Assembly (NCBI RefSeq): GCF_001194135.2
Contig: NC_068992.1
Span: 58,041,765 to 58,105,764 of the forward strand
DNA length: 64,000 bases
Reading direction: 5' to 3'
From: Octopus bimaculoides
Lineage: Eukaryota
Within the stretch, counting starts at the first letter, position 1; each line of letters opens with the position of its first letter. Below are positions 38,418 to 49,914 of the stretch, piece after piece. Both the position numbers and the translations under genes were made by a program. Under the pieces are notes generated by a model. That model did no database searches and was not told the origin of the DNA. It saw only the letters and a program-made list of their open reading frames with translations.

Positions 38418-38493
38418 AGTCGCCGAGGCCTGTATCTCCCAACATTCTGTATAACCAAGCTGTAAATTGGCACTAAAAGTTTGGATTAACTCA
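38418..38493 (-). CDS. Candidate 76-nt exon (ELIQTFSANLQLGYTECWEIQASAT)
   Basis: Good acceptor TTTGCTGCTTCTGACAG|, phase 2 matching exon 43908-43993; weak donor |GTAGCA. Confidence 0.25.
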
Positions 38494-39821
38494 CTGTCAG
38501 AAGCAGCAAATTAATGGTAAAATTGAATTAGTCTTCCATTAACTTGATGTTATGTTTAACTGCTGTAGACATAGCCTGTAGAGGTGTAATTAAAATGACT
38601 GGATTCCCTGCATTTGGAGTTTGTCTTCAGTGACACACCTATGACCCAATAGGTTATGGAACTCACTGTAACCTGTTTATCTCTACATCCCTGTTTCTTT
38701 CCTTCCATTCTTGCTTCATTCCTTATCTTTTTTCCTTCATCTTTCTATTCTTTCTTCATGCCTGCCTCTTGCCTTGCCTCTAATCTCTCCTCCTCCTCCC
38801 CCACTCTCCTGCTCCACTTCAAAGAATTCTGAGACTTCCATAAAAAGTCTTCAACTGTTGTTATCCAAGATGAGTTTGAAGAGTAAAGTTATCTTTATCC
38901 CACAGCTGACATTCACGCTTTACAGCAAGAAGCAGCCCCACTTTTCTTCTTATATCATACCCCGACTTATTTTTGGGTTTTTTTTTTTTCCCCCTTCAGA
39001 AATAGGGATTATTTTTTTTTGCACCTTATGTATCTCCAAACAAACGAGTGATAACAAGTATGTTTTGTTTTCTTTGTGTTACCATTGTTGTTGTTGTTGT
39101 TGTTAGTGCTGGGGAGAATACTAAGGTAACGTTTGAAATAAATATGGAAGACAAATAAGAGGTGAAGTGAGTGGAGAATATTAATAGCAGAATTGACGCT
39201 AGCATGGTGGTGGGTGGGTGCATGTATGGAGGAAGTGTGTGTGTAGAGAATATTATCAGGTTTTAGGTCTGTTTATTCAAGCACACCTGCTCTGTTTGTA
39301 ATAAGCTAAATATGTAACTGTGTGTATATTTGCTTTATATATATATATATNNNNNNNNNNNNNNNNNNNNNNNNNNNNNNNNNNNNNNNNNNNNNNNNNN
39401 NNNNNNNNNNNNNNNNNNNNNNNNNNNNNNNNNNNNNNNNNNNNNNNNNNNNNNNNNNNNNNNNNNNNNNNNNNNNNNNNNNNNNNNNNNNNNNNNNNNN
39501 NNNNNNNNNNNNNNNNNNNNNNNNNNNNNNNNNNNNNNNNNNNNNNNNNNNNNNNNNNNNNNNNNNNNNNNNNNNNNNNNNNNNNNNNNNNNNNNNNNNN
39601 NNNNNNNNNNNNNNNNNNNNNNNNNNNNNNNNNNNNNNNNNNNNNNNNNNNNNNNNNNNNNNNNNNNNNNNNNNNNNNNNNNNNNNNNNNNNNNNNNNNN
39701 NNNNNNNNNNNNNNNNNNNNNNNNNNNNNNNNNNNNNNNNNNNNNNNNNNNNNNNNNNNNNNNNNNNNNNNNTATATATACTGGGTAATTCAAAATTCCT
39801 TTATTATATGTATGTGTATGG

Positions 39822-39856
<35 letters not shown>

Positions 39857-40112
39857 GCTAAGAAGTTTGCTTGACAACCACATGGTTTTGGGTTCAGTCC
39901 TATTGCATGGCACTTTGGGCAACTGTCTTCTTGTATAGCCCCAGGCTGATCAAAGCCTTGTGAGTGGATTTGGTAGATAAAAGCTGAATGAAGCCTATTG
40001 TGTGTGTATGTATGTGTGTGTATATATATGTGTCTGTATATGTGTGTATATATACATGTATATACTGTATATACACATCTGTATATACTGTATGTACACA
40101 TCTATGCATGAA

Positions 40113-40157
<45 letters not shown>

Positions 40158-40388
40158 ATGTAAACAGTGTCATTCGTTTCCAATACATTGTGAAAATATG
40201 TCTGGTCTGGGAAAATATTACTTTGCTTGAAAACAGGTGAGGGTTAGTGTCAAGTAAGGCATCTGGCTTTAGAAAATCTGCCTCAATAAACTTCATTTGT
40301 CCCATGCAAGCATAGAAAAGTGGATGGTATATACATATATGTAAAGTAATTCAAAATTCCACTGGTATATATGTGTTCTTTTTTTTTT

Positions 40389-40423
<35 letters not shown>

Positions 40424-41534
40424 GACATACACTCATTTTTGGGCACTCAATATCAAGGTCATGGATTTGATTCCTGGACTGCATGGTGCATCATGTTCTT
40501 GAGCAAGACACTTCACTTCGTGTTGCTCCACTCAACTGTAATGAGTACTGGCTATGTGCTGACATAGTCATCTCTTCCTGCAACTGTCATATACTAGATG
40601 TTTCCTTGGGTCAAGAGTTGGAGGGCCACGAGAGAGTCTATATTCCCTCTTAACTGCACATGTTCATTTGTTGCAGTGATGAGGACCATCTGGTCATCCT
40701 TAATAATGACCGATGACTTGTGCAGTGACTTTGTTCAAAGTGAAGAAGAGTTGCTCACTGTGAACCTCACCCTCTCATCTGGGGCCATCTTCAATCCAGT
40801 GGCAAGACCAGGTCAAGACAACTGGGGGTGGAGATGAATGCAGTGGTTGACCAAGATGTCTTTTACCTCATCTTTCTCTCTGCGCCCCACTATGTTCCTG
40901 CAACCACTTTCCCCTCCATTAGACCAAGAAGGTTTCTTCTGAAGAGTCCACCAAATCCTGTCTTCACATGCATAGCTAGGAAGCCAATCTACCTACAACT
41001 GGGTGCTACTACTCTAGGTTACAGTAGATCTGGGATCAACTGTCTAAGAAGTAATTCCACACAACTCAAAATCCTAGAACTTCCTATTGACCTCAGTATT
41101 TGATTGGTATGTTATCATCTCCAGACGGATGAAAGGCAAAGTCAACCTTGTCCTGGTTTGAATTCAGAATGTAAATATCCAGAAGAAATTCCACTGAGCA
41201 TTTTGTCCGATGTGTTAACAATTCTGCCATTTCGCCTCCTTAATGAATAATACTACTAATAATGTTAGTATTAGTAGTAGTAGTAGTAGTAGTACAAGTT
41301 GAAGAAATGATCATAATAAAAATAATAAAGTACTGTTAAAATGCTAGGGTTCATGTAATAGAATATATGTCTATTAACAATCGGTCTTGTGTGTAAGCAA
41401 AGGAAGATAAATGTTGCCTTTCATGTCTTGTTGTTTTTTTTTTTTTTACTATTGGTCTCTGTTCTGTTTGTTTGTTTTTTCCATCACATGTCAATGTTAA
41501 GACCTTACTTTGTTTTTATTTACACACATACAAT

Positions 41535-42685
41535 CATCATCATCATCATCATTGTTTAACGTCCGCTTTCCATGCTAGCATGGGTTGGACGATTTGACTG
41601 AGGACTGGTGAAACCGGATGGCAACACCAGGCTCCAATCTAATTTGGCAGAGTTTCTACAGCTGGATGCCCTTCCTAACGCCAACCACTCAGAGAGTGTA
41701 GTGGGTGCTTTTACGTGTCACCCGCATGAAAACAGCCACGCTCGAAATGGTGTCTTTTATGTGCCACCTGCACAAGAGCCAGTCCAGGGGCACTGGCAAC
41801 GATTTCGCACGAAAACCCTACAAAGGCCAGTCAGGCGGTACTGGCAACNNNNNNNNNNNNNNNNNNNNNNNNNNNNNNNNNNNNNNNNNNNNNNNNNNNN
41901 NNNNNNNNNNNNNNNNNNNNNNNNNNNNNNNNNNNNNNNNNNNNNNNNNNNNNNNNNNNNNNNNNNNNNNNNNNNNNNNNNNNNNNNNNNNNNNNNNNNN
42001 NNNNNNNNNNNNNNNNNNNNNNNNNNNNNNNNNNNNNNNNNNNNNNNNNNNNNNNNNNNNNNNNNNNNNNNNNNNNNNNNNNNNNNNNNNNNNNNNNNNN
42101 NNNNNNNNNNNNNNNNNNNNNNNNNNNNNNNNNNNNNNNNNNNNNNNNNNNNNNNNNNNNNNNNNNNNNNNNNNNNNNNNNNNNNNNNNNNNNNNNNNNN
42201 NNNNNNNNNNNNNNNNNNNNNNNNNNNNNNNNNNNNNNNNNNNNNNNNNNNNNNNNNNNNNNNNNNNNNNNNNNNNNNNNNNNNNNNNNNNNNNNNNNNN
42301 NNNNNNNNNNNNNNNNNNNNNNNNNNNNCTGCCATGTAGCATGGCTGTTCGTACACATGTGTCATACAGTCTGCCTTTTACTCTGAGTGAGAGTCCCTTT
42401 GTTGCCAGCAGAGGTAAGAGCTCTCTAAACTTTGCCCAGGCTATTCTTATTCTAGCAGCTACACTTTCAGCGCACCCACCCTCACTACTAACTTGGTCAC
42501 CCAGATAGCGGAAGCTATCGACTACCTCTAATTTTTCTCCCTGGAATGAGATAGAAGTTGTTTCCTGTTTGTTTACAGTGTTTATTGCACCTGAACATCT
42601 GCCACATACAAAAACTAACTTCGTAGTTAATCTGCCTTTGATATTGCTGCACCTCTTATGTGTCCATAGCTTGCACCGGGTACAA
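41535..42685 (-). mobile_element. 5'-truncated RTE-clade LINE (RT C-terminus, gap, 3'UTR, (GAT)n tail)
   Basis: ORF segment GEKLEVVDSFRYLGDQVSSEGGCAESVAARIRIAWAKFRELLPLLATKGLSLRVKGRLYDTCVRTAMLHG is typical of the RTE RT thumb region (F.YLG; RI..AW..F..L); tail at 41535-41848. Confidence 0.9.
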
Positions 42686-43162
42686 TAATAAAAAAAAAAT
42701 GTAGTACTAAATATATAGGACAAATAAAGAAGTACTGTTGGCCCATTGTTAATCATTTTACAACTTTATTATTATATAAGCAATAATCCTTTAGTTTTGG
42801 GTCAAGGCCACAGAGGGCATGTGTATATACACTCCTTGTTTGAATCAATGCCAATGCAGAGTTGGTGTTTATTTTTAGTGATGATGATGAATCCAAACAA
42901 AGGTCATTCAACTGATTGCTCTTTTATTGGTTTCAGTCTTTGGATAAACTGTAGCCAAGCTGGAGCATTGCCTTGAAGGGTTTACTCGACCAAATTGACT
43001 CTAGCATTAATTTTGTACTTAATCTATTGGCATTTTGCTAAACTGCTAAGGTGACAAATAACCAACCAACCAACTATTGTTTGTTGAGTGGTGCCCATGT
43101 GAAGACAAGACATAGGGAGAGACCAACATTAATATACAAACACCTACCTATCTACTTAGTGA

Positions 43163-43455
43163 AGGCCCATGGCTCAGTGGTTAGAGCGTTGAGCTCACAA
43201 TCATGAGGTAGTGAATTCGATTCCCAGACAGGACTTCATTTCACATTGCTCCAGTTCACACTCAGCTGTAGAAATGAGTTGTGATGTCACTGGTGTCAAG
43301 CTGTATCGGCCCCTTTGCCTTTCCTTTGAATAACATAAGTGGTGTGAAGAGGGGCTGTTGGTCTTCCATAAACAATCTTGCCTGGACTTGTGCCTTGGAG
43401 GGGAACTTTCTAGATGCAATCCCATGGTCATTCATGACCGAAGGGGCTCTTTAAC
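43163..43455 (+). mobile_element. tRNA-derived SINE family C
   Basis: GGCCCATGGCTCAGTGGTTAGAGCG (A box) ... AATTCGATTCCC (B box), followed by a non-tRNA body. Confidence 0.7.
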
Positions 43456-43598
43456 CTTCCTACCTACATATTATACTCACATATATATGCATACATACAT
43501 ATACATGCTTACATGCATATATACACAAACATGCATATATAAACATATAAGTACAATAAAAAGATTTGAATATGACTTCAGTTTTGATGATATCAACT

Positions 43599-43648
43599 TT
43601 GTCAGACTGATGAAGCCAATGACGGTGAAACTTTGAAGTTACTGTCAA
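43599..43648 (+). ncRNA. Degenerate type I hammerhead ribozyme
   Basis: TTGTCAGA-CTGATGA-A-GCC AATGAC GGT-GAAA-CTTTGAA-GTT-ACTGTCAA. Core intact, stem III ACTT/AAGT, two mismatches in stem I. Confidence 0.6.
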
Positions 43649-43907
43649 CCTTTACCATCAAAAAAATGTCATTCTCCACTTAAATGTATTGTATGATCCT
43701 TCTATTAATGTTTCACTGTTTTTTTTATAATAGTTATACATAAAAGGAAACATTAATGTGTGTGTGTGTGGGGGGGGGTATTCATTTTTGAGTTTGAGGC
43801 ATGCAGTCTAAAAGTGTTTAACAATGCATATTAAGTAAATATTAATGCTTGTTTTTATGTCAAGTTACAATAAAAACAACTTAACATTAAACTAAAAGAT
43901 TACTCAC

Positions 43908-43993
43908 CACTTCTTAGTTGAGTACTTGTTTATCAAAACTTTAGAAGAATGGTAACAGTGACTTTGAACTTTTGACCTGCTAGCATTCATTGG
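43908..43993 (-). CDS. Candidate exon, possibly containing the start codon (P-MNASRSKVQSHCYHSSKVLINKYSTKK)
   Basis: Acceptor ATATATCCAG|, one open frame over 86 nt, strong donor GTG|GTGAGT, ATG at 43990-43988. Confidence 0.4.
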
Positions 43994-44568
43994 CTGGATA
44001 TATATTTGTATGTACATAATCGGTCAGATGTTTAGAAGTCAGAAAGAAGATACACTCTGAGAGAGAATTTGAGTGGTTTATACTTTTATATTGCTGATTA
44101 GCATTTGACTTAACCAGAACATGTCTGAAGAGTCATTGAATATCGCCTGGTGCAATGACAGGTAGGAAACCAATGGTAACTTTCTGGCTGGTTATGTACC
44201 ATAACCAAGAATATACTATTCAACAATATAAAAGTGTGTATGTGTGTGTGTGTAGGGGTATTTTGTCCATCTTTACGTCCTGAATTCAAGTTCCACCAAG
44301 ATCAACTTTGCTTTCATCCTTTCATGGTTGTAAAATAAGTTGAACACTGGGGTTGATGCAATCAAACTTACCCCCTCCTCAAATTTTGTGCTGAAATTTG
44401 AAACCAGTATTATTATTTGAGGTTGACTTTGACTTTCATCCTTTTGGTGGCCACTAACATAAAAATACCAGTTGCATACTGGTCATTGTAATCAATTAAA
44501 CCCCTTCCCCAAAATTTCAGGCCTTGTGCCTATAGTAAGATTGTTATTTATTTTGATTATTACTATTA

Positions 44569-44720
44569 GGCACAGGAGTGGCTGTGTGGTAAGAAGCTTG
44601 CTTCCCAACCACATGCTTCTGGGTTCAGTTCCACTGCATGGCACCATAGGCAAGTGTCTTCTGCTATAGCTTTGAGCCTTGTGAGTGGATTTGGTAGACA
44701 GAAACTGAAAGAAGCCCGTC

Positions 44721-44775
<55 letters not shown>

Positions 44776-44968
44776 TCCTCCCACCATCACTTGACAATCA
44801 ATGTTGGTGTGTTTATGTCCCCGTAACTTAGCAGTTCGGCAAAAGGGCCTGATAGAATAAGTATTAGTCTTACAAAGAATAAGTCCTGGGGTTGATTTGT
44901 TCGACTAAAGGTAGTGCTCCAGCATGGCTGCAGTCAAATGACTGAAACAAGTATAAGAATAAAAGAAT
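44569..44968 (+). mobile_element. SINE family A, full length
   Basis: Same head, body and tail as 25825-26220. Confidence 0.8.
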
Positions 44969-45093
44969 TAGTGCATGAGCTATTGTTTTATATCTAAAAT
45001 AAGTAATACTTTGTTTCATTGAAATATAGGTATATATTCAAGAAAGGAATTTATGTAAAAGAAGGTAAAACAATATTGAAATAAAAGAAACAT

Positions 45094-45321
45094 TTAACCC
45101 TTTAGCATTCAAACCAGCCATATCTGGCCAAAATATTCTTCCTGTTTCATCTTCAGGTCAGCCAGATCTGGCCTCTCACACCTATCCTACAATGTCATGT
45201 TAAAAATAAACAGTCACATCATCGAAATCTCAAAATTATGTGATAGTGAATGATAAATTCAAAATAATGTAAATCAATAAGCGTTACATTTGTTAGATTA
45301 ATCTGAATGCTAAAGGGTTAA
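45094..45321. mobile_element. TTAA-flanked MITE
   Basis: TTAA|CCCTTTAGCATTCA...TGAATGCTAAAGGG|TTAA; perfect TIR. Confidence 0.8.
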
Positions 45322-45683
45322 TAGATCAAAATACATAGTTTTTAACATTTTTCTGTGTACAACAATCCAGCAATCCACAAACAGGAAATTTTGACAATTA
45401 ATGTGAATTTTTCGTTTCCGTAATTAGGATACCTGTAAGATCCCCTTGATATAATTAAATTGACATTAACTGACAAAAACCTTTGTCTGATGGATCGTCA
45501 ACTCTACTAGAAGCAATATACAAGTGACCATGATGGAACACGTTTGTAGTGTTGTAAAGAAAAGTAACTTGCTAAAATTGAACTGAGAAAAAAGAAGATG
45601 TATTCTTAAGTTTTCATAAGAAAAATTTACAGAACAGAGATTCACCATTTTCTTTCCATTTCGAAATAGACTTCTTGTAAAAG

Positions 45684-45684
<1 letters not shown>

Positions 45685-45765
<81 letters not shown>
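45685..45765. repeat. (CA)n-(CT)n microsatellite
   Basis: Visible directly. Confidence 0.95.
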
Positions 45766-45770
<5 letters not shown>

Positions 45771-46776
45771 CCACAGGGTGGGGATTTATTGTGTGAGAAA
45801 TCAAGATAAAAACGGTGATAGAATGCTGCCACTACTTCGCTTGCTTGGCTTTGTGAAATTGCACGTTCTTTATTCATGACTAACTGTTCAATAATAAAAT
45901 GAAGTTTAAAATGGCTGTAAGAAAATAACCATTTAACTACTTTCTGAAATGATTAAATGGAACTGAAGTGGACAGTGCTTTTGAGCTGTCTTGGTTATTT
46001 GTGAAAAATTGAGGTAGAAACATCGATAGATCGGTAGACAGATAGGTGGTGTTTCTTATTGTGAAGAAAGTAACATTAAAATTTAACTGTGGAAGACAAG
46101 TATTTATTTGTAAGTTTTTTTTAAAGAGAAATTTAAAGTTTGGAGATACATAATTTTTTTCCTATTTTGTACTAAACATACTTCTTATGATTTAAAAAAA
46201 TTTTTTTTTTCAAATTTTGAAAGTGGTAGCTTAATTTCTTTAATGACCTTGTTGAGAAATGTGTGTTTGTGTCTAGATACTCGCAGAGGGATAGAGCAAG
46301 AGGAGGCTGGGGAGATGCAAAACAAATTGGAAGTTATGTATGGATGGACTTCACAAAAATTACAATAATGATTGTAGCCATTTATTTCAAATGAAATAAG
46401 AATGATGATGATATATACGTACAAGTAACAGCTTTGACTGTAAAAAATGTAAAATGCTTTTCTTTCTTTCTGTATGTGCCAGACACCAAACTAGTTAACA
46501 AGTTGTGTCAAGAATTCCACCATCTTCAGCAATAATTCATCATTTTTGAAGTTAGACTTGCAACTCATTCAGTTCTGGCATGAGTGTGTATGGGGACACA
46601 TACACGCACGCACACAATGGTCTTTTTTCAGTTTCACGGGAATTTGGTCAGCCCAGTGTTGTAATAGAAGATGCATTCTTTTTGGTTCAGTCCCACTGTG
46701 CAGTACCTTCAGCATGTGACTGGAAAGTGGACTTCTTAAGCACATAGCCATGACTTTACTTGTATGTATGTGTATA

Positions 46777-46809
<33 letters not shown>

Positions 46810-47026
46810 GTGTCTGTGTGTATATATATGTGTGTGTGTGTATGTGTGTAGACACAGAAGTCTAGTGCAGTCTCCTGCTAGCCACCTCCTGTCAAACCAT
46901 CCAACCCATGACAGCGATGTATCTGCATGTGTGTGTGTGTATGTATGTATGTATGTATGTTTGTGTGCATACATATGTGCATGTGTGTATTTATATATAT
47001 ATATGGATGTATATATGTGTGTGTGC

Positions 47027-47062
<36 letters not shown>

Positions 47063-47218
47063 TAAATATACAGGGATTAGCATGAGTTGTTTCACCAACA
47101 TACTGAAAATTTAGAAATAGCAGTCAAAGAACTACTGATTCCAAACTACAAATTTTTTCTGTAACGGATGTTAATAAATTGTTAATTATTAATTTTATTA
47201 CTAATTGGCAATTCTCTG

Positions 47219-47305
<87 letters not shown>

Positions 47306-47329
47306 CACACACACACATATATATATATA

Positions 47330-47492
47330 TTTCTCTGCATGAGGATGCAGAGTGGCTGGCACAAGACCTCCAGCAATGGAGAGCACTGGTGAACCTGGTC
47401 AGCTCTATTCATGATGATGTCTCTGGAACCACTAACCTGGGATGACCCCAGCATCATCAACCAAGAGCACGAAGTGAGCAAGCAAGCAAGCA
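47330..47492 (+). mobile_element. RTE-like LINE 3' end fragment (second family)
   Basis: [17 protein letters not shown] resembles the RTE terminal AQDR..WR..V motif; ends in (GCAA)n. Confidence 0.55.
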
Positions 47493-48421
47493 GTGTGTGT
47501 GTGTGTGTGTGAGTGTATGTAATTTGTCTTCATTCACCCACTTAGTTGGGAAATAAGAAACAGATGTGTGAATATGCTTGTAACTTTTATACATTAAAAC
47601 TTATGTACATGCACATGTTCATTCTTTGACACACATGCAAGTGTGTGTGTGTGTGTGTTTTAAAGAAAAGATTTAATGAAGACTGGTAAAGTTAATAACA
47701 TTTGACTGAGTGAAGAAGAAAAATGAAATATACTTGAATTGGTGGTGGTGGTGGCAGTGATAATGATTGTGTGGGTGAGTGTTAAACATTTGAAGATGTC
47801 AATAATGTAAAATGAAGATAAATCCTTGGAATAATATCGATTCCCTTCAGGTTGGTTGGCTGAAGAAACAGTAGTGTCAAATTATATAAATTTCTAAGAG
47901 CATTTAATCTCAACTGTCTTCATTCTACCTGGGGCTGGTATTGATTTCTTTTGGCCAGGCCCAGAGCTAATGTTCATTAGGTTAAACTACACACAATCTC
48001 ATCATCTCTGAATTTGAAATATGTGTCTGCGATATTCTGAATGATTGGGTCAACTCACTTAACAATGCATGAGGCTACTTTCTGTCTGAAAGGTTGCACG
48101 TATTTGAATTTATCCTAGTGAATAAGTGCTGGTGCTGTCTTTTGGTGTCATCCTCATCATAATTTTGACGTTCACTTTTATATGCTTGCATGGGTTAAAT
48201 GAAGGTTACAGCGGCAGATTTTCTATGGCTGTGTGTTCTTCCTGTCGTCAACCCTTACCTGTTTCCAAGTAATGTAATATTTCCCCATAGCCAGACATGT
48301 TTTTTGCAGAATACTGGAAATGAATGATGTTCATTTACGAGAATTATGCAATGACAAGATTAAGAGACACAAGCACGTACACTCACACAGACATATCTAC
48401 ACACATATTTGTATATGTGTA

Positions 48422-48626
48422 TATGAGGAGGTGCTGAAAAGTTCCTGGCTTTAAGGATATCGTGAAAGGCCTACCGAGCCCTTTTACAGGGCTTAGAAAA
48501 ACTGAAGGACCACTGCAATAAGTGTGTGAATCTGAAAGGGGGAATATGTTGAATAAGATCATAATCAATTGATCCTTCTGTATTTTCTTTCACCCAAAAT
48601 CAGGATCTTTTCAGCACCCCTTTGTA
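48422..48626 (+). mobile_element. Tc1/mariner MITE or deletion derivative
   Basis: TA|TGAGGAGGTGCTGAAAAGTTCCTGG...CAGGATCTTTTCAGCACCCCTTTG|TA; internal KCVNL-GEYVE*-like transposase C-terminus. Confidence 0.75.
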
Positions 48627-48793
48627 TATGTATTACTATTTAAAAGAGTTTGATTTGGCCCAGTGCAGCTTAAAGTTTCATAGGCATGTCATAGGAACCT
48701 AACATGGAGTTGGATTAAACTGTTTTAAATAATGATATATGTTACTTCTACTAAATGTGTTGAGTGCCTCTTTCTTTTGTTTGTTCACTCACT

Positions 48794-48830
<37 letters not shown>

Positions 48831-48886
48831 ATNNNNNNNNNNNNNNNNNNNNNNNNNNNNNNNNNNNNNNNNNNNNNNNNNNNNTG

Positions 48887-48937
<51 letters not shown>

Positions 48938-49405
48938 ATCATTATCATCATCCTTTAATGCCTGTTTTCCATGCTGCCATAGGTTGAACTGCCTGACCAG
49001 AGCTGGCAAGCAGGTTCCAATCTGATTTGGTTTGGTTTCTATGGGTGGATGCCCTTCCTATTGCCAAATACTTTAATATATATATTTATATATATATATA
49101 TAGATGAAAACAATTTTATTCAGACTCATTGGTACACAGAGTTTGAAGCGTATGGCTAGTCTTTGGTCATTGGGGGTCTGAATGAGAGTTTGATTGAAGA
49201 GAAGTCAATGTTTATTACTGGATGTAAGCCTGCGATTGGTCAAGAAAGGCCATGCTGTATAGCAGTTTGATGTTGGTATTGGCCGAAGACTAGCCACACA
49301 CTTGAAACTCAGAGTACCAAGGAGCCTGAATCAAACTGTTTTGATCCATACATGTAACTCCCAATAAATGCATTGAGTACCCTTCTCTCGTTTGTCTACT
49401 CACTC

Positions 49406-49464
<59 letters not shown>

Positions 49465-49778
49465 NNNNNNNNNNNNNNNNNNNNNNNNNNNNNNNNNNNN
49501 NNNNNNNNNNNNNNNNNNNNNNNNNNNNNNNNNNNNNNNNNNNNNNNNNNNNNNNNNNNNNNNNNNNNNNNNNNNNNNNNNNNNNNNNNNNNNNNNNNNN
49601 NNNNNNNNNNNNNNNNNNNNNNNNNNNNNNNNNNNNNNNNNNNNNNNNNNNNNNNNNNNNNNNNNNNNNNNNNNNNNNNNNNNNNNNNNNNNNNNNNNNN
49701 NNNNNNNNNNNNNNNNNNNNNNNNNNNNNNNNNNNNNNNNNTTTCGTCTCTGTCTTCCAAATCTACTCATAAGTCTTT

Positions 49779-49914
49779 GGTCAGTCCATGGCTGTGGTCA
49801 GTCCATGGCTGTGGTCAGTCCATGGCTGTGGTCAGTCCATGGCTGTGGTCAGTCCATGGCTGTGGTCAGTCAATGGCTGTGGTCAGTCCATGGCTGTGGT
49901 CAGTCCATGGCTGT
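49779..49914. repeat. 17-bp minisatellite x8 (GGTCAGTCCATGGCTGT)
   Basis: Eight units, one with a C>A change, embedded in a minus-strand SINE A head. Confidence 0.95.

Noticed and set aside
39000-39057. Plus-strand exon candidate (strong acceptor, GTATGT donor)
   Set aside because: The frame depends on a poly-T run and a tandem acceptor, and it could not be linked to other exons; left unresolved.
40590-41100. GC-richer segment with short ORFs on both strands
   Set aside because: Probably an old retroelement relic, but no motif could be recognised.
43163-43235. tRNA gene
   Set aside because: A and B boxes are present but there is no acceptor stem, and it continues into a SINE body.
49779-49914. 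CRISPR-like direct repeats
   Set aside because: Units are contiguous with no unique spacers, in a eukaryotic context.
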